A stretch of DNA of 64,000 nt from Candidatus Bathyarchaeota archaeon (GTDB lineage Archaea > Thermoproteota > Bathyarchaeia > Bathyarchaeales > Bathycorpusculaceae): contig CAVRFW010000007.1 in NCBI GenBank assembly GCA_963720565.1, positions 1 to 64,000 of the forward strand, in the 5' to 3' direction. Positions 35,588 through 45,038 of the stretch are shown piece by piece. Position numbers and translations under genes: made by a program. Positions within the stretch are counted from its first letter, which is position 1, and each line of letters starts with the position of its first letter. A model generated the notes under the pieces. That model saw nothing but the letters and a program-made list of their open reading frames with translations. It was not told where the DNA came from and did no database searches.

Positions 35588-35761
35588 TTTGACACCTTCT
35601 CGATAAGACTTGTATTCACTAGTTATGTCAAATTCAAAATTTAAGCCCTAAGTACGCCCGGTTAAGCCCGGAGCTTCCCAAGGAGGAACACGCGCTACTT
35701 CAAGAAACGGGCAAACCAAACAGGTCTAAAGATTTTAGCTAGACTAAAACCTCAACGAACT

Positions 35762-35776
35762 GGAAAAGAAAAAAAT
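35762..35776 (-). terminator. Oligo-T archaeal terminator after the micropeptide
   Basis: Minus-strand T-rich run (two T tracts separated by one C). Confidence 0.5.
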
Positions 35777-35805
35777 GGAGAAGCAAATGTACTTGCGCCG
35801 AGGTT

Positions 35806-35856
35806 TTACGCTTTCTTTGCCGGAGCCTTCTTCTTTGCTGCTTTCTTCTTAGCCAC
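35806..35856 (-). CDS. 16-aa Lys/Ala/Pro micropeptide MAKKKAAKKKAPAKKA, histone-H1-like
   Basis: GTG start, GAGG RBS about 8 nt upstream, BRE/TATA agcaaaTTTTATATA about 40 nt upstream, oligo-T terminator downstream. Confidence 0.7.
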   Translation of the reverse strand: MAKKKAAKKKAPAKKA

Positions 35857-36116
35857 TTGTATAGCCTCGGGATTTTATGTATGATAATAATTTGTATATA
35901 AAATTTGCTAAAGCCTGGCGTTTCATATTGTGCCTCTTTAATCGAAATCTAAAGGGCTAAACCATGAAATCTCTAAAAGAGTCTGTTTTTCGATTTTTTG
36001 CCTTGGAAAAACCATTCAGAAGTTGTAGAGGCAGAAATTGTTAATTGTGTAGGCGGAATGTAAAATACAAAGGTTAATATTGCCTTAAAAAGAAAAAGAG
36101 GTGTGGAGAAGTCAAT

Positions 36117-36338
36117 ATGGTCGAATCAGAAATTGCTGTAGCAACCATGCACAGATTATGCAAAAAAGCTGGTGCTGAAAGAGTGAGCGAAGCAGCAGCA
36201 AAGGAACTTGCAAAGGCACTTGAAGAAATTGGCGTAAAGATTGCTAGAGAAGCACTTGATTATGCTATGCATGCCGGAAGAAAAACCATCAAAACGGAAG
36301 ATATCGAGATCGCCACTAGAAAAGTCATGGAAAAATAG
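36117..36338 (+). CDS. Archaeal histone (HMf-like, no N-terminal tail)
   Basis: RLCKKAGAERVS..AA..HAGRKTIKTEDI histone-fold signature. Confidence 0.95.
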   Translation: MVESEIAVATMHRLCKKAGAERVSEAAAKELAKALEEIGVKIAREALDYAMHAGRKTIKTEDIEIATRKVMEK

Positions 36339-36423
36339 TTGTCAAATAATTCAATCTCGTTCTTCGACTATTTCTACAGAGAACCATTCTAGCCAAGTGA
36401 TGTGATAAAAAGGTCTGCGCGGG

Positions 36424-36455
36424 TGGCTTGGGTTTGCTGGTTTACCTCAAGAAAC
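36424..36455 (+). repeat. Orphan copy of the surface-protein anchor sequence (GLGLLVYLKK)
   Basis: 31 of 32 nt identical to 56604-56635, in an intergenic position. Confidence 0.85.
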
Positions 36456-36609
36456 CCCAGAGGGATGGGAGTCTAGGAAGAAAACAGCGTTAACACTATT
36501 AATCATAGCGTGCATTAGATGTTGAAGTTGAAATGACTAAAGCTGTTCGGATGCTTTTGGGTTTATCATTAATTATGGCACGTGCGCCATCACGAGAGGG
36601 AACGTCAAA

Positions 36610-37815
36610 TTGAAGAGAATTCTGTTTGTAAGCGGTTCGCTCGGTTTGGGGCACGTTGGAAGAGACATCGAAATCGCGAAGGAACTCAGAAAGCTTCGCA
36701 ACGACGTTGAAATCTATTGGATGGCTGAATCCCCCGCTTCAGAAGTGCTCGAAAAAGCAGCAGAAAGACTCTTGCCAGAAGCCAGCCAGCTATACTCATC
36801 GAATTTTGAGCTGGAAAAATCCACCAAGGAATACAAAGCCAACCTCGTCCGATGGGTAAAAAACATGCAAAAGGGCTGGACCAAGAACACCGAAGTCTAC
36901 GCCAAGATATCTGAAACTTATGATTTTGACCTCTGGATAGGTGACGAACCCTACGACATCATGATTGCCTATGAAAAGAATCCGAGCCTAAAGAAATGCC
37001 CCTTTGTGGTTATCAACGACTGTGTAGGATTAGACACAAACACATGGAATCCCGTCGAACACCTCATAGTCAGCATGACGAACAAAGCGTGGCTGAACTT
37101 CCTGAGAAGCGAACCACCACTCGCTGAATTGAACATCATCATAGGAGAACCGGAAGACGTCCCGGACAAAAACTTCGGCTTCATGCGCCCCAACCGCCGC
37201 AGAATCGCTGAAAAATTCGCGAAATTCGTCGGCTACGTCCTTCCAGAAGACATTGAAGAATTCAAAGACAAAGCTTACGCGCGCAAACTTCTAAACTACG
37301 GAAACGAACCATTAATTCTGTGTTCCATAGGCGGTACAGCAGCGGGAAAAGACCTTCTCGATCTATGCATCGCCGCTTACCCAGCCATGAAGGAAAGAAT
37401 CCCAGAACTCCAGATGATCCTGGTTTGCGGACCACGCCTGGCGCCGGATTTCGTCAAAGCCCCAGAAGGCTTGAAAATTGTTGGCTATCTACCTGACCTT
37501 TACAGGCACCTAGGCGCAGCCGACCTTTCCATCGTAACAGGGGGCGGTACGGTAACACTTGAGCTGACCGCTCTCGAAAGACCTTTCCTGTACTTTCCTC
37601 TCAGAGACCATGCTGAGCAGCAGTTTGCCGTAGCTCCAAGATGTAAGCGTCACAACGCCGGCGTCAGGATGGATTACTCAAAAACCACTCCTGAACTACT
37701 CGCCGAGACCGTGTTGTCCAACATCGGCAAACGAGTGGAATATCCTAAGCTTCCGACAAAAGGAGAACAAGAAGCCGCGCGACTGATCGATCAGATTCTC
37801 AGCGGGAAAGTCTGA
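36610..37815 (+). CDS. GT-B glycosyltransferase (GT28 C-terminal-like)
   Basis: GSLGLGHVGRD, SIGGT, ADLSIVTGGGTVTLE, HAEQ. Confidence 0.88.
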   Translation: MKRILFVSGSLGLGHVGRDIEIAKELRKLRNDVEIYWMAESPASEVLEKAAERLLPEASQLYSSNFELEKSTKEYKANLVRWVKNMQKGWTKNTEVYAKISETYDFDLWIGDEPYDIMIAYEKNPSLKKCPFVVINDCVGLDTNTWNPVEHLIVSMTNKAWLNFLRSEPPLAELNIIIGEPEDVPDKNFGFMRPNRRRIAEKFAKFVGYVLPEDIEEFKDKAYARKLLNYGNEPLILCSIGGTAAGKDLLDLCIAAYPAMKERIPELQMILVCGPRLAPDFVKAPEGLKIVGYLPDLYRHLGAADLSIVTGGGTVTLELTALERPFLYFPLRDHAEQQFAVAPRCKRHNAGVRMDYSKTTPELLAETVLSNIGKRVEYPKLPTKGEQEAARLIDQILSGKV

Positions 37816-37878
37816 ACTTGGCGCGCAATGACCCAAAAATAGAGAAAAAAGATTTAGTCAGCTTCCTTTGATCTTCCT

Positions 37879-38322
37879 CTACGCCTCAAGAGTTTGCTTT
37901 AAGTTTTCCAGCATTCCTTCCATGAATTTTTCGGTGTCTTTGCTGTACTTCACCTTGTCAACAAGCTTTCCCAAAATGGAGTAAGGCACTTCGTATTCAT
38001 CTTTGTATGTTAGTTTGGTTCCCACAGGAGTCGGTTCAAAGAGACCAGTTATCGTCATGTTGAGTTTGCTGTCTTTGACTGTTCGCATAACAATCTTCTT
38101 GTTCTTCTCAAATTCAATTATCTCTTCGTCCCATTCGCCCTTTATCTTAAATTCTTCTTTCGGCGTCCAATGCGAAACCGAGCCAACTCCAATAGGTCCT
38201 TCTGAGATCCATTTCCCCTCCAACCATCTTCCCCACACATCATTCATCTTGTCGCTTAACATGAAGGCGAAAACCTTCTCAGGAGGCGCCTTGATATTGA
38301 CAGTCTTAGTTATCCTTGCCAC
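37879..38322 (-). CDS. SRPBCC/polyketide cyclase-like protein
   Basis: IKAPPEKVFAF, GPIGVGS, GTKLTY, LENLKQTLE. Confidence 0.88.
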   Translation of the reverse strand: MARITKTVNIKAPPEKVFAFMLSDKMNDVWGRWLEGKWISEGPIGVGSVSHWTPKEEFKIKGEWDEEIIEFEKNKKIVMRTVKDSKLNMTITGLFEPTPVGTKLTYKDEYEVPYSILGKLVDKVKYSKDTEKFMEGMLENLKQTLEA

Positions 38323-38789
38323 ACAATCACCTCCTTCCGTTTCTTTTGCGCCAGATAATCGTTGCAAGCTTTGAAACCGAGTTGCATGACTTCCGAATGC
38401 GCTTTTGCCGTGTCTACGAAAGGAACGATAAAACGGAACAATAGCTTCTTGGGTCTAACGGTAAACCGAAACCTCGTATTCGTTTTTTCATCTCTCGGTA
38501 CAAACGTGTATACTCCAGTCCCCACAAAATCACCTGCATATTCTAGTTCTATCAACTTGTCCTCCACCAGCTTCGTAATCTTGGCGGAACACTTGAGACT
38601 AGTTCTGCTCTCCGGATTGATGGTTGCGTCAAAGACTGCCCCCTCACGAGCGATTGAACCCATAGGATTGAATCTGATATGTGGCATCCACCATTTTGTG
38701 ACCCCGAAGAGCTCGTTCAAGAAAGCAGTATAGACCGCCATTGGTGGGCTGTCAATAACTGCTTCGTCAGTGACGTCAATTTTGGCCAT
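38310..38789 (-). CDS. SRPBCC family protein
   Basis: AVIDSPPMAVY, KWWMP, GDFVGTGVYTF. Confidence 0.82.
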   Translation of the reverse strand: MAKIDVTDEAVIDSPPMAVYTAFLNELFGVTKWWMPHIRFNPMGSIAREGAVFDATINPESRTSLKCSAKITKLVEDKLIELEYAGDFVGTGVYTFVPRDEKTNTRFRFTVRPKKLLFRFIVPFVDTAKAHSEVMQLGFKACNDYLAQKKRKEVIVWQG

Positions 38790-39000
38790 AAACGCTCACT
38801 GCACCTACCTGCTCAAGATGTTCTTTCCAATTGGCCATCGAATCCGTAGATTTTTGAACTTTCTCGATTCGAACCATAAACCTCGCCATGAGTAATCTAT
38901 CCTTGCAGACGAGAGATAAAATCTCCTAAGAAGCGTTTATGAAAAATAATAGTTCGCTATAAATGCCATGATTGTGAGAATAGGCGGTTACGCACCACTT

Positions 39001-39768
39001 CTATTCCCGTTTGGCTCTTCCCCAATAGTGCAAGAACAGTGATTTAGCCCAGTTGACCGCAATTTTGTCCTGCGACTTAAACGACCCATAGTCAAAAATG
39101 CCTTCCAAATTCTCGAAGCCTATTCCGGCAAGTTCCTTCTCCGATAGGAACATGAAGACGCCGATAGTGTCCAAGTACCTGCTCTCCGCCTTCTTTGCTC
39201 TGGCGGCACGATCAAAAGCAGGGTTGTTTGCCAACTCCAAAATGGCTGGGGGAATTGATGCAGTCTTAGGCATCAGTTTTCTAACCTCTACACCACGGGC
39301 AATGGCTTCAAGGAAGAGTGGCAAGGAACTGGGAAGAATCTGGTCGACGATGATCCACATGAACTCTTGAGCTTCCTTCACCGCGTTTTCTGCGTTGAAT
39401 AACATTTCTGTGACACCGTTAACATATTCACTCTTATGTAAGGCACCTATGCTTGCGGCGAATTCTGTAGGCAAAGCTGAGATTCTGTGTGTTTTGAAGT
39501 ACTTCTTGTGTTTGGAAATGAACGCAAAGCTTGGAATAAACTGCAGAGCTGCTTCTCCTACGGGCGTCAGATGAAAAAAGCCGTCCGCATCTTTTGCGAT
39601 GAGGTCTGATTCGGTCAGCCGCGCCATGTTTCTCGCAGTTTCAGGAACGGTGAAGTTGAATCTTTCAGACACGCGAGAAAGTCTAATGGGGCTCTTTTTT
39701 ATTTCTCTGAGAATGTTGAGTCGATCCTCGTTTGAAAGTTCAAAAAAAAGAGCACAGAGTTCTGCCAT
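39001..39768 (-). CDS. ArsR-like wHTH + DUF1724-like transcriptional regulator
   Basis: FFELSNEDRLNIL, TVPETARNMARL, WAKSLFLHYW. Confidence 0.82.
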   Translation of the reverse strand: MAELCALFFELSNEDRLNILREIKKSPIRLSRVSERFNFTVPETARNMARLTESDLIAKDADGFFHLTPVGEAALQFIPSFAFISKHKKYFKTHRISALPTEFAASIGALHKSEYVNGVTEMLFNAENAVKEAQEFMWIIVDQILPSSLPLFLEAIARGVEVRKLMPKTASIPPAILELANNPAFDRAARAKKAESRYLDTIGVFMFLSEKELAGIGFENLEGIFDYGSFKSQDKIAVNWAKSLFLHYWGRAKRE

Positions 39769-39923
39769 TTCTCAGATTACCTTTTGCCACTGGTTGTTTT
39801 TTGAAATTGCCAATACTGTAGTTTATAGTTGACTATTGTATTTCATATTTTCTGTTCGGAAGTTCAATGTTGAGTCTATAGCAGGCGCAGGTTTCTTTGT
39901 CTTCTGATTAGTCTTAGTGCGTG

Positions 39924-40688
39924 CTATCGTTTTGTTTTATCCCAATAGTACGAGAACAAAGATTTTGACCATTTGTGTACGACTTCGTCTTTGGACGTAA
40001 ATCCAAGATAGTCAAATCTTCCATTCGTTTCCGGAAAACAGAGCGTTGCAACTTCCTTTTCAGAAAGAAAAATAGCCACCTCAATTCTTTCAGCATATCT
40101 GCTTTCGAACTTCTTATCTCGTGCAGCGCGATCGAATACGGGATCATTGGCCATTGCAAGAATATCGTCTGGAATACTGGCGTTTCTAGGCAATAGTTTC
40201 TTGAAGGCAACTCCGCGTTTAACCGCTTCAACAGCTATGGGCAGTCCGCTCGCGAGAAGCTGATCAGCAACAAACCAATAGTATTCTTCAGCTTCGCTCA
40301 TCACTCTTTCAATGTTGCGCATAGTTGTCGTCACTTCACTGACTATTTTGCATTTCTCAAGGCTACCCAAACTCACCGAGAACTCGTGAGGTAACTTGGA
40401 TAGAGAATGAGTCAGGAAGTAACTTCTATTCTTGGAAAGAAATTCAAAGCCCGGAAGCAACTCCAAGGCTTCCTCCCCCATGGGAGTCAAATGATAAAAG
40501 CCGCCCGAATCCTTGGCAATCAGGTCTTCCTCGTTGAGTCTCGAAATGTTTCGCGCGGTTTCTGGCACAGTGAAACCAAACTTTTCGGAAATGCGAGAAA
40601 GCCTCATCGGATTCTTCTTGAGCTCACGAAGTATGTTGAGGCGATCCTCATTTGAAAGCTCAAACAAGAGACCGCCCAAGTCTTTCAA
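39924..40688 (-). CDS. ArsR-like wHTH + DUF1724-like transcriptional regulator (tandem paralog)
   Basis: LFELSNEDRLNIL, TVPETARNISRL, WSKSLFSYYW. Confidence 0.82.
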   Translation of the reverse strand: MKDLGGLLFELSNEDRLNILRELKKNPMRLSRISEKFGFTVPETARNISRLNEEDLIAKDSGGFYHLTPMGEEALELLPGFEFLSKNRSYFLTHSLSKLPHEFSVSLGSLEKCKIVSEVTTTMRNIERVMSEAEEYYWFVADQLLASGLPIAVEAVKRGVAFKKLLPRNASIPDDILAMANDPVFDRAARDKKFESRYAERIEVAIFLSEKEVATLCFPETNGRFDYLGFTSKDEVVHKWSKSLFSYYWDKTKR

Positions 40689-40836
40689 CTTTCAGACCAT
40701 CCTCCCTTGCTTGAACACATACTGAAGTACCCCGTTCTTGATGTACATCGCTTAATAGTTGATTATTATATTTCATATTTTCTGTTTAGAACATCTTATC
40801 TTCTTTTTTTGCCTCACTTATATTTTGGCGAAGCAT

Positions 40837-42522
40837 ATGGAATCAGCAAAATACGATGCAATCATCATCGGTTCAGGCCTTGGAGGCTTGTCGTGTGGCG
40901 CCTACCTCGCTAAAAACGGCTTGAAAGTACTGATTCTTGAAAAGCACACCACCCCCGGAGGATATGCCACTAGCTTCAGAAGAGGCGTTTACACTTTTGA
41001 CTCAACTCTTCACATGATCGCTGGCGTAGGCAAAGGGCAAGACATGTATAGATTCTTAGAATGGTGCGGAGTCGCAGACGAGATAGAATTTCTCAAGCTC
41101 AAACATTTTGCTAGACTAGTCTTTCCAGACCACGATCTGCGAGTGCCAAACGGAAACCTGGAAGAAGTCACAGTGCTCTTGGAAACGAGTTTTCCAAACG
41201 AAAAAGGAATCAGACCTCTTCTCAGGGAAATGACCAAAATTCATGATGACACGCGCAGATTCGTACTCTCGGAGGCACCGATGTGGCAACAGTTACCCAT
41301 CTTTCCATTCAAGTACAGATCACTTTTTCGGATGCTCAAAAAGACAGCCAAACAACTCCTCGATAAACACATCAAGGATTACAAGCTGAAAGCCATTCTA
41401 TTGGCAAACTATGGTTTCTTCGGCTTACCACCAAGCAGATTGAACGCGCTCTCGGTATACGCCAACATCACTTACTGGACTGACGGTGCGTACTACCCCA
41501 AAGGCGGAAATCAAACAATACCTAACGCGTTTGCAGAATTCATCAAACGCAACAAAGGAGAAATTTACCTCAACTCACAAGTCACCTCAATCATAACCGA
41601 GAAAAACCAAGCTATAGGTGTCAGGACAAGAAAAGGAGAAGAATTCTTCGCCGAAAACATAATCTCCAACGCCAGCGCCCCCGAAACATTCCACACCCTC
41701 ATAGGAGACCGAAGACTACCCACCAAATTCCTCGAAAAAATGAAAGGAATGGAACCTTCCACCTCAGGATTCATGGTCTATCTTGGGTTAGATGAGGAGT
41801 TCAAAGCTAAACTGAACAATACAGAGGACTACGAAATCTTCGTCTCAGAAACCTATGACCAAGACACAGACTACGAATGGATAAGTCAATGTGAGACAGA
41901 GAAAGCTAGCTATTTCATAACACTACATTCCAACGTTGACGAATCATTAAGCCCAGCCAACAGATTTGTACTGTCCTTGACTCAGGGTCAACCGTACAGC
42001 CACTGGAAGAAATTCGAAACCGACTACAAAACGGGCAAAAAAGACGAATACAACAAAGAAAAAGACAGACTCGCAGGGATACTCATCAAGAGAGCCGAAA
42101 AAATAATCAGCGGATTATCAAGACACATCGAAGTCATAGAATCAGCAACCCCCCTAACCCTGGAAAGATACACGGGCAACTTCAACGGCGCATTCTACGG
42201 ATGGGCTAACACCACAACTCAATTTACACCTATGGATAGAATGGTCAATAATCCAATCAAGCATCTGCACCTAAGCTCAGCCTGGACGTTTCCAGGAGAA
42301 GGTCAGGCAACAACCATAGCCTGCGGATATAGAACAGCCAGGCATATAATCGGAAGAAAGAAAGGGAAGTATAGGAAGGCTTTGAAACTTTCATTTGTCA
42401 TCATAGCAGTCGCAGTAATTGCCACGCTTTCTCTTCTGCTAGTAAGCTGCAAGAAGTTGTTCATGTCTTACCTGCCAAAATATCCTTGTTGCGACACAAG
42501 AAGGTTAACAAAGTTTTTCTAG
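40837..42522 (+). CDS. Phytoene desaturase/retinol saturase-family FAD oxidoreductase
   Basis: IIIGSGLGGL, EKHTTPGG, YYPKGG, ATPLTLERYTGNFNGAFYG, WTFPGEG. C-terminal extension may be read-through. Confidence 0.88.
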   Translation: MESAKYDAIIIGSGLGGLSCGAYLAKNGLKVLILEKHTTPGGYATSFRRGVYTFDSTLHMIAGVGKGQDMYRFLEWCGVADEIEFLKLKHFARLVFPDHDLRVPNGNLEEVTVLLETSFPNEKGIRPLLREMTKIHDDTRRFVLSEAPMWQQLPIFPFKYRSLFRMLKKTAKQLLDKHIKDYKLKAILLANYGFFGLPPSRLNALSVYANITYWTDGAYYPKGGNQTIPNAFAEFIKRNKGEIYLNSQVTSIITEKNQAIGVRTRKGEEFFAENIISNASAPETFHTLIGDRRLPTKFLEKMKGMEPSTSGFMVYLGLDEEFKAKLNNTEDYEIFVSETYDQDTDYEWISQCETEKASYFITLHSNVDESLSPANRFVLSLTQGQPYSHWKKFETDYKTGKKDEYNKEKDRLAGILIKRAEKIISGLSRHIEVIESATPLTLERYTGNFNGAFYGWANTTTQFTPMDRMVNNPIKHLHLSSAWTFPGEGQATTIACGYRTARHIIGRKKGKYRKALKLSFVIIAVAVIATLSLLLVSCKKLFMSYLPKYPCCDTRRLTKFF

Positions 42523-42609
42523 CACGTCAATTAGTACAGAAAAGGAAATTACAGAGGCGCTTCTAAGAGTCTGACGATAGTTACAGAAAATGCGTGGAAG
42601 GTGTCGAGA

Positions 42610-42822
42610 ATGAGTTTGCTGCGGAATGCTTTCGGACGGCTGCGGCGCGGGCTTCCAAAAATGGATTTCATGAAAAACAAGCACGAAGACTGCGCTAACT
42701 TTGATAATGGAGCCTGCAAATTCTTTCATTTCACCAATGTGGACCCTAAGGGGCAAGCTTGCCCGCACTTCAAAGCTAAGAAGAAGGCAGAAGTTGAAAC
42801 CGCCGATGCAGGTCATGCCTAA
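42610..42822 (+). CDS. Small Cys/His metal-binding protein
   Basis: HEDCANF..C..ACPHF; GAAGGTG RBS. Confidence 0.6.
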   Translation: MSLLRNAFGRLRRGLPKMDFMKNKHEDCANFDNGACKFFHFTNVDPKGQACPHFKAKKKAEVETADAGHA

Positions 42823-43079
42823 TTAAGCAATACTAGTGAAATGGAAAATCATCATTTATCTCGTTGTTTTTCATCAGATTTTCAGCCTCTCTAGTTACTC
42901 TCTTCTTTTTCTCTTCCAGTTCATCGTTTCCGTTAGTTCACTGGTTGCTAGATTGTATTCACACATACACTGTCCGGCAACGGCAGACGCTGTCAAGGGA
43001 GAAAGGGACAAATCGCTGCAACGCTTCAACAACATTGTTTAATACCGAGAATAGCCGCTTAGACTAATGGTGAAGAAAG

Positions 43080-43427
43080 TTGGTTCTTCAAAAAAAGAAT
43101 TTCAGTAAACCTGACGAGACTCAGTCGCCCCCGTATGTAAGGATAGAGAACATCAGAATAGGCGACATGACGATCTCGAAGCAAACCTATCAACCCGGAT
43201 GGCAATGGTCAAAACACATCAAACCTATCGCTAAAACAAATTCCTGTCAAGTGCACCATTTCGGAGTCTGGGTCTCAGGCAAGTTGCGCGTGAGAGCCGA
43301 TGACGGGCAAGAGATAGAATTTGGTCCCGGAGATGTATCTGACATTCCGCCGGGGCATGACGGCTGGGTCGTCGGAAACGAACCTGCAGTCTTCTATGCT
43401 TTCACACCTAAGTCAAACCCGAAGTGA
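43080..43427 (+). CDS. Cupin domain protein
   Basis: QPGWQWSKH, SCQVHH, IPPGHDGWVVGNEP. Confidence 0.9.
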   Translation: MVLQKKNFSKPDETQSPPYVRIENIRIGDMTISKQTYQPGWQWSKHIKPIAKTNSCQVHHFGVWVSGKLRVRADDGQEIEFGPGDVSDIPPGHDGWVVGNEPAVFYAFTPKSNPK

Positions 43428-43616
43428 ACTACTCGCCCGTGAGGGTGAGCGTCTTTTTTCTGAAGCGCGCTACCGGGTCGTTCTTCTATCAGAATAGAGT
43501 GTTCTTCGAGGAGAGCTAAGTACCAGTCTGAAACATTCATGTATTGATGCTGACGTGAAACGCAGAGGGTTAGCACTTTGTCTGGCTCATTATGAGATTA
43601 GACATGGGTATGAGGA

Positions 43617-44123
43617 ATGAATAAGAAATTCACCGCAATAGCGTTGTCTGCATAATAATTGCCACATTGTCTCCACTAGCTAGCTACGTCTATTTCTGCA
43701 GTAGGTTTAACGCTACCTTCGAATCTTACAAGCTGCAAATTTGGGACTTATCACAAGAGAATGAGAAGCTTGAAGAAATTAAAAGATTCATGAATACATA
43801 CGAGAAAAGTCCGTATTTAATGAAGCCGTATCTTGTCACCAACTTGGGATGGTACGTCCATGGTAGCTCTGACCCGGTTCCTAGCTTCCAGAAACACATT
43901 CACCATCTACGGGGAAGTATTAAATGTTGGAGCCACAACAGCAGTAAACTGCAAGTTGATAGTTGATTTCTATGATAACGTGACATTGCTGCAATCATCA
44001 GAAGTTGACGTAGGAGATATTGGGTATTGGACAGATAATTATGTTAGAAGAGTTATTGATTGTGATTGTGCTGATTCTGTAACAAGAGTAGAAGTAACCC
44101 CGAAATGGTCTCTGATTGAATAA
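43617..44123 (+). CDS. Membrane-anchored hypothetical protein with Ig-like C-terminus (frameshifted)
   Basis: N-terminal TM, coiled coil, TIYGEVLNVG..VDFYD. Confidence 0.55.
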
Positions 44124-44215
44124 TTGAAAACTATTGGCTTAACGCCGCACGCGTAATTAGAATGGGCGAGACAGACTTTTCAGCAATTCAGAATTGCTTT
44201 GCGAAGAGTCTTGAT

Positions 44216-44651
44216 TTACGGAACTCCCGTCGGTGGTGCTGTAGCGCGCAGCACTTCATTTTGTCTCTCTAACTCAGCAATTTGACCCTTTAGCATTTCA
44301 GTTTGGTTTCTCAAAACGTAGATTTCGTGCCATGCTAGTAAGAGTTGATATTGTTTCTGATGTACTTCGCCAGTGAGTTCCTCATTTTCGGTCTGCAGAG
44401 TTTTAACCACGCCCGTGAGATTTCTTATTTGCCGAATTAAATCTTCACCAAGTGGGCTCCTGTTCTTCGAGAAGATTTTGTAGGGAGTTAACCTGATTGT
44501 TTAGGTCGCTTATTTTCTCATCTCTAGTGCGAATTTCTCCGTTAACGTAATTGCTCGTCGTAAAGTATGTTGCAAGTAGCAATGCTATGCAGACAATTCC
44601 AATTGACATGTTTCGCAGAGTTCTCTTCCTAGTTTGAATCGAATCATTCAT
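44216..44651 (-). CDS. Membrane-anchored coiled-coil hypothetical protein (frameshifted)
   Basis: TM IGIVCIALLL followed by heptad repeats. Confidence 0.55.
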
Positions 44652-45038
44652 GGACTGGTTCTCCAGTCACAGATTATTCGACGGGAGCCTCTTAGTTCTA
44701 CTCAAGGAACAAAACGTTCCAACACCGGAACAACTTCAACTCGGTAAGCCGCGTTAAAGGAAGGTTTCTTAAGGTATTCTCTCCCGTTAGTGTAAGAGTT
44801 CCAGTCTAATACAAGAAAAAGCAAAACCTTGAAAAATAAGGGTAAACGGGGGTTTTAACCCAAATGCCCACGAAATGCGGACGCGATTTTTTGGAATAGC
44901 AGATAAACGTGAGAAAGTGGAGTTGCGCGAGTGTAGATTTCGAACTCTGGCGGGTTTTATGCGAATGTTGAAATACCGCACGCAACAAATGAAATGTGCA
45001 CGTGCTATACTGACTAGGCTTTAGGCGTTTGAGAATCT

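Noticed and set aside
38790..38890. Short minus-strand ORF MARFMVRIEKVQK... as a collapsed SRPBCC gene
   Set aside because: The resemblance is too short to support.
44920..44956. tRNA-like GTTCGAA fragment on the minus strand
   Set aside because: The T-stem does not pair properly, and no D or anticodon arm can be built.
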